NCBI GenBank assembly: GCA_032718475.1
Contig: JAUCBJ010002378.1
Location: 1 to 36,428, forward strand
Length of the DNA: 36,428 bases
Source of the DNA: Nemertoderma westbladi
Taxonomy: Eukaryota > Animalia > Xenacoelomorpha
Direction of reading: 5' to 3'
This document shows, piece by piece, positions 35,691 through 36,428 of this stretch. The position numbers were made by a program, and so were the translations under genes. The notes under the pieces are model-generated. The model was not told the origin of the DNA, searched no databases, and worked only from the letters and a program-made list of their open reading frames with translations. Each line of letters starts with the position of its first letter. Within the stretch, counting starts at the first letter, position 1.

Positions 35691-35876
35691 CAAAATATAT
35701 GAATCCGCGTTTTACACTGCAATACGGATTGCGTATTTCAGAATCCGCATATTACACTCAGTTACGGATTGTATGTAAATCCGGATCCGCCTTTTACACT
35801 CGTAAATCCGGGTCCTGATCCGTATCCGGATCCTGAATCCGGATCCGGATCCGGATCCGCGTTTTACACCTACCCC
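35690..35876. mobile_element. Probable right terminus of a TIR DNA transposon (GGATCC arrays ending TTTTACACCTACCCC)
   Basis: Short variants of the satellite motif and (CCGGAT)n end abruptly in TACCCC. The reverse complement starts GGGGTA, like the MULE MITE. The partner end is not in the window. Confidence 0.5.
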
Positions 35877-36428
35877 TTATTTTACAATTATTGTTCAAAT
35901 CACTGGGTAAATTGTATGTTTTCAATTACTCGGGAACCAGAGACCTATCCGGAGACCAAAAACTAGCCCGGAGAATCCAGAGAACAGAGATCAGTTACAA
36001 GTCTCTGTTTCAACTCTAATGCCTATCATATTACGATTGCCATCTATTATATATTTAAATTAGGGTGTATATAACTTTCGCTTATTAATTAATTAATATG
36101 CACCAATTTATATAAGAAAACTACTGCTTCTATTAATTGTAATTATGTACTCTCCATTTATTACAGTTATTTAGAGTAACTTACATTGATGGTACTGGGA
36201 ATCAGATAGACTACACGCTAGATTTATACATTTAGAGCACACAATATCAATTCGAATAGTTTGAGTTAAATATCAAGACCAATTTACGGGTTCAAATCGC
36301 ATATTCACTATGACTAATTCCTTATGAAAAGTAACTTTGTACAAGTACGGCCACGTGTCACTAAGAAGGTACAACATTACTCAGCAAAGTCAAAAATCGG
36401 GCAAATTTGCGTGACATACCTTATGAAC

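Overview
AT-rich eukaryotic DNA, probably from an invertebrate animal. It is almost entirely nested transposable elements, and I see no intact host gene. Structure reconstructed from target-site duplications (TSDs): an old minus-strand Ty3/Gypsy element (about 2250-28410) has an EnSpm/CACTA DNA transposon in its pol (3249-7016), which itself carries a CR1-group LINE 3' fragment and a hAT-type MITE. A 5'-truncated CR1/L2-group LINE sits exactly in the Gypsy tRNA-Trp primer-binding site (9741-28345). That LINE is split by a young 16.95-kb BEL/Pao LTR retrotransposon (10605-27556, minus strand, TSD ACCTG), which contains a Mutator-type MITE. To the right lie a second Gypsy 5' fragment, a USP-like deubiquitinase relic split by a full-length RTE LINE, and a 53-bp minisatellite. 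The most notable item is the BEL element. It has no tRNA PBS; instead the 12 nt abutting its 5' LTR are perfectly complementary to a segment inside its own LTR, the geometry of Tf1-type self-priming. It also has a very long Gag N-terminal extension, a 2.2-kb repeat-rich leader, duplicated RNA hairpins and a decayed 3' accessory ORF that does not resemble env. All calls are by eye; no database searches or folding computations were run.
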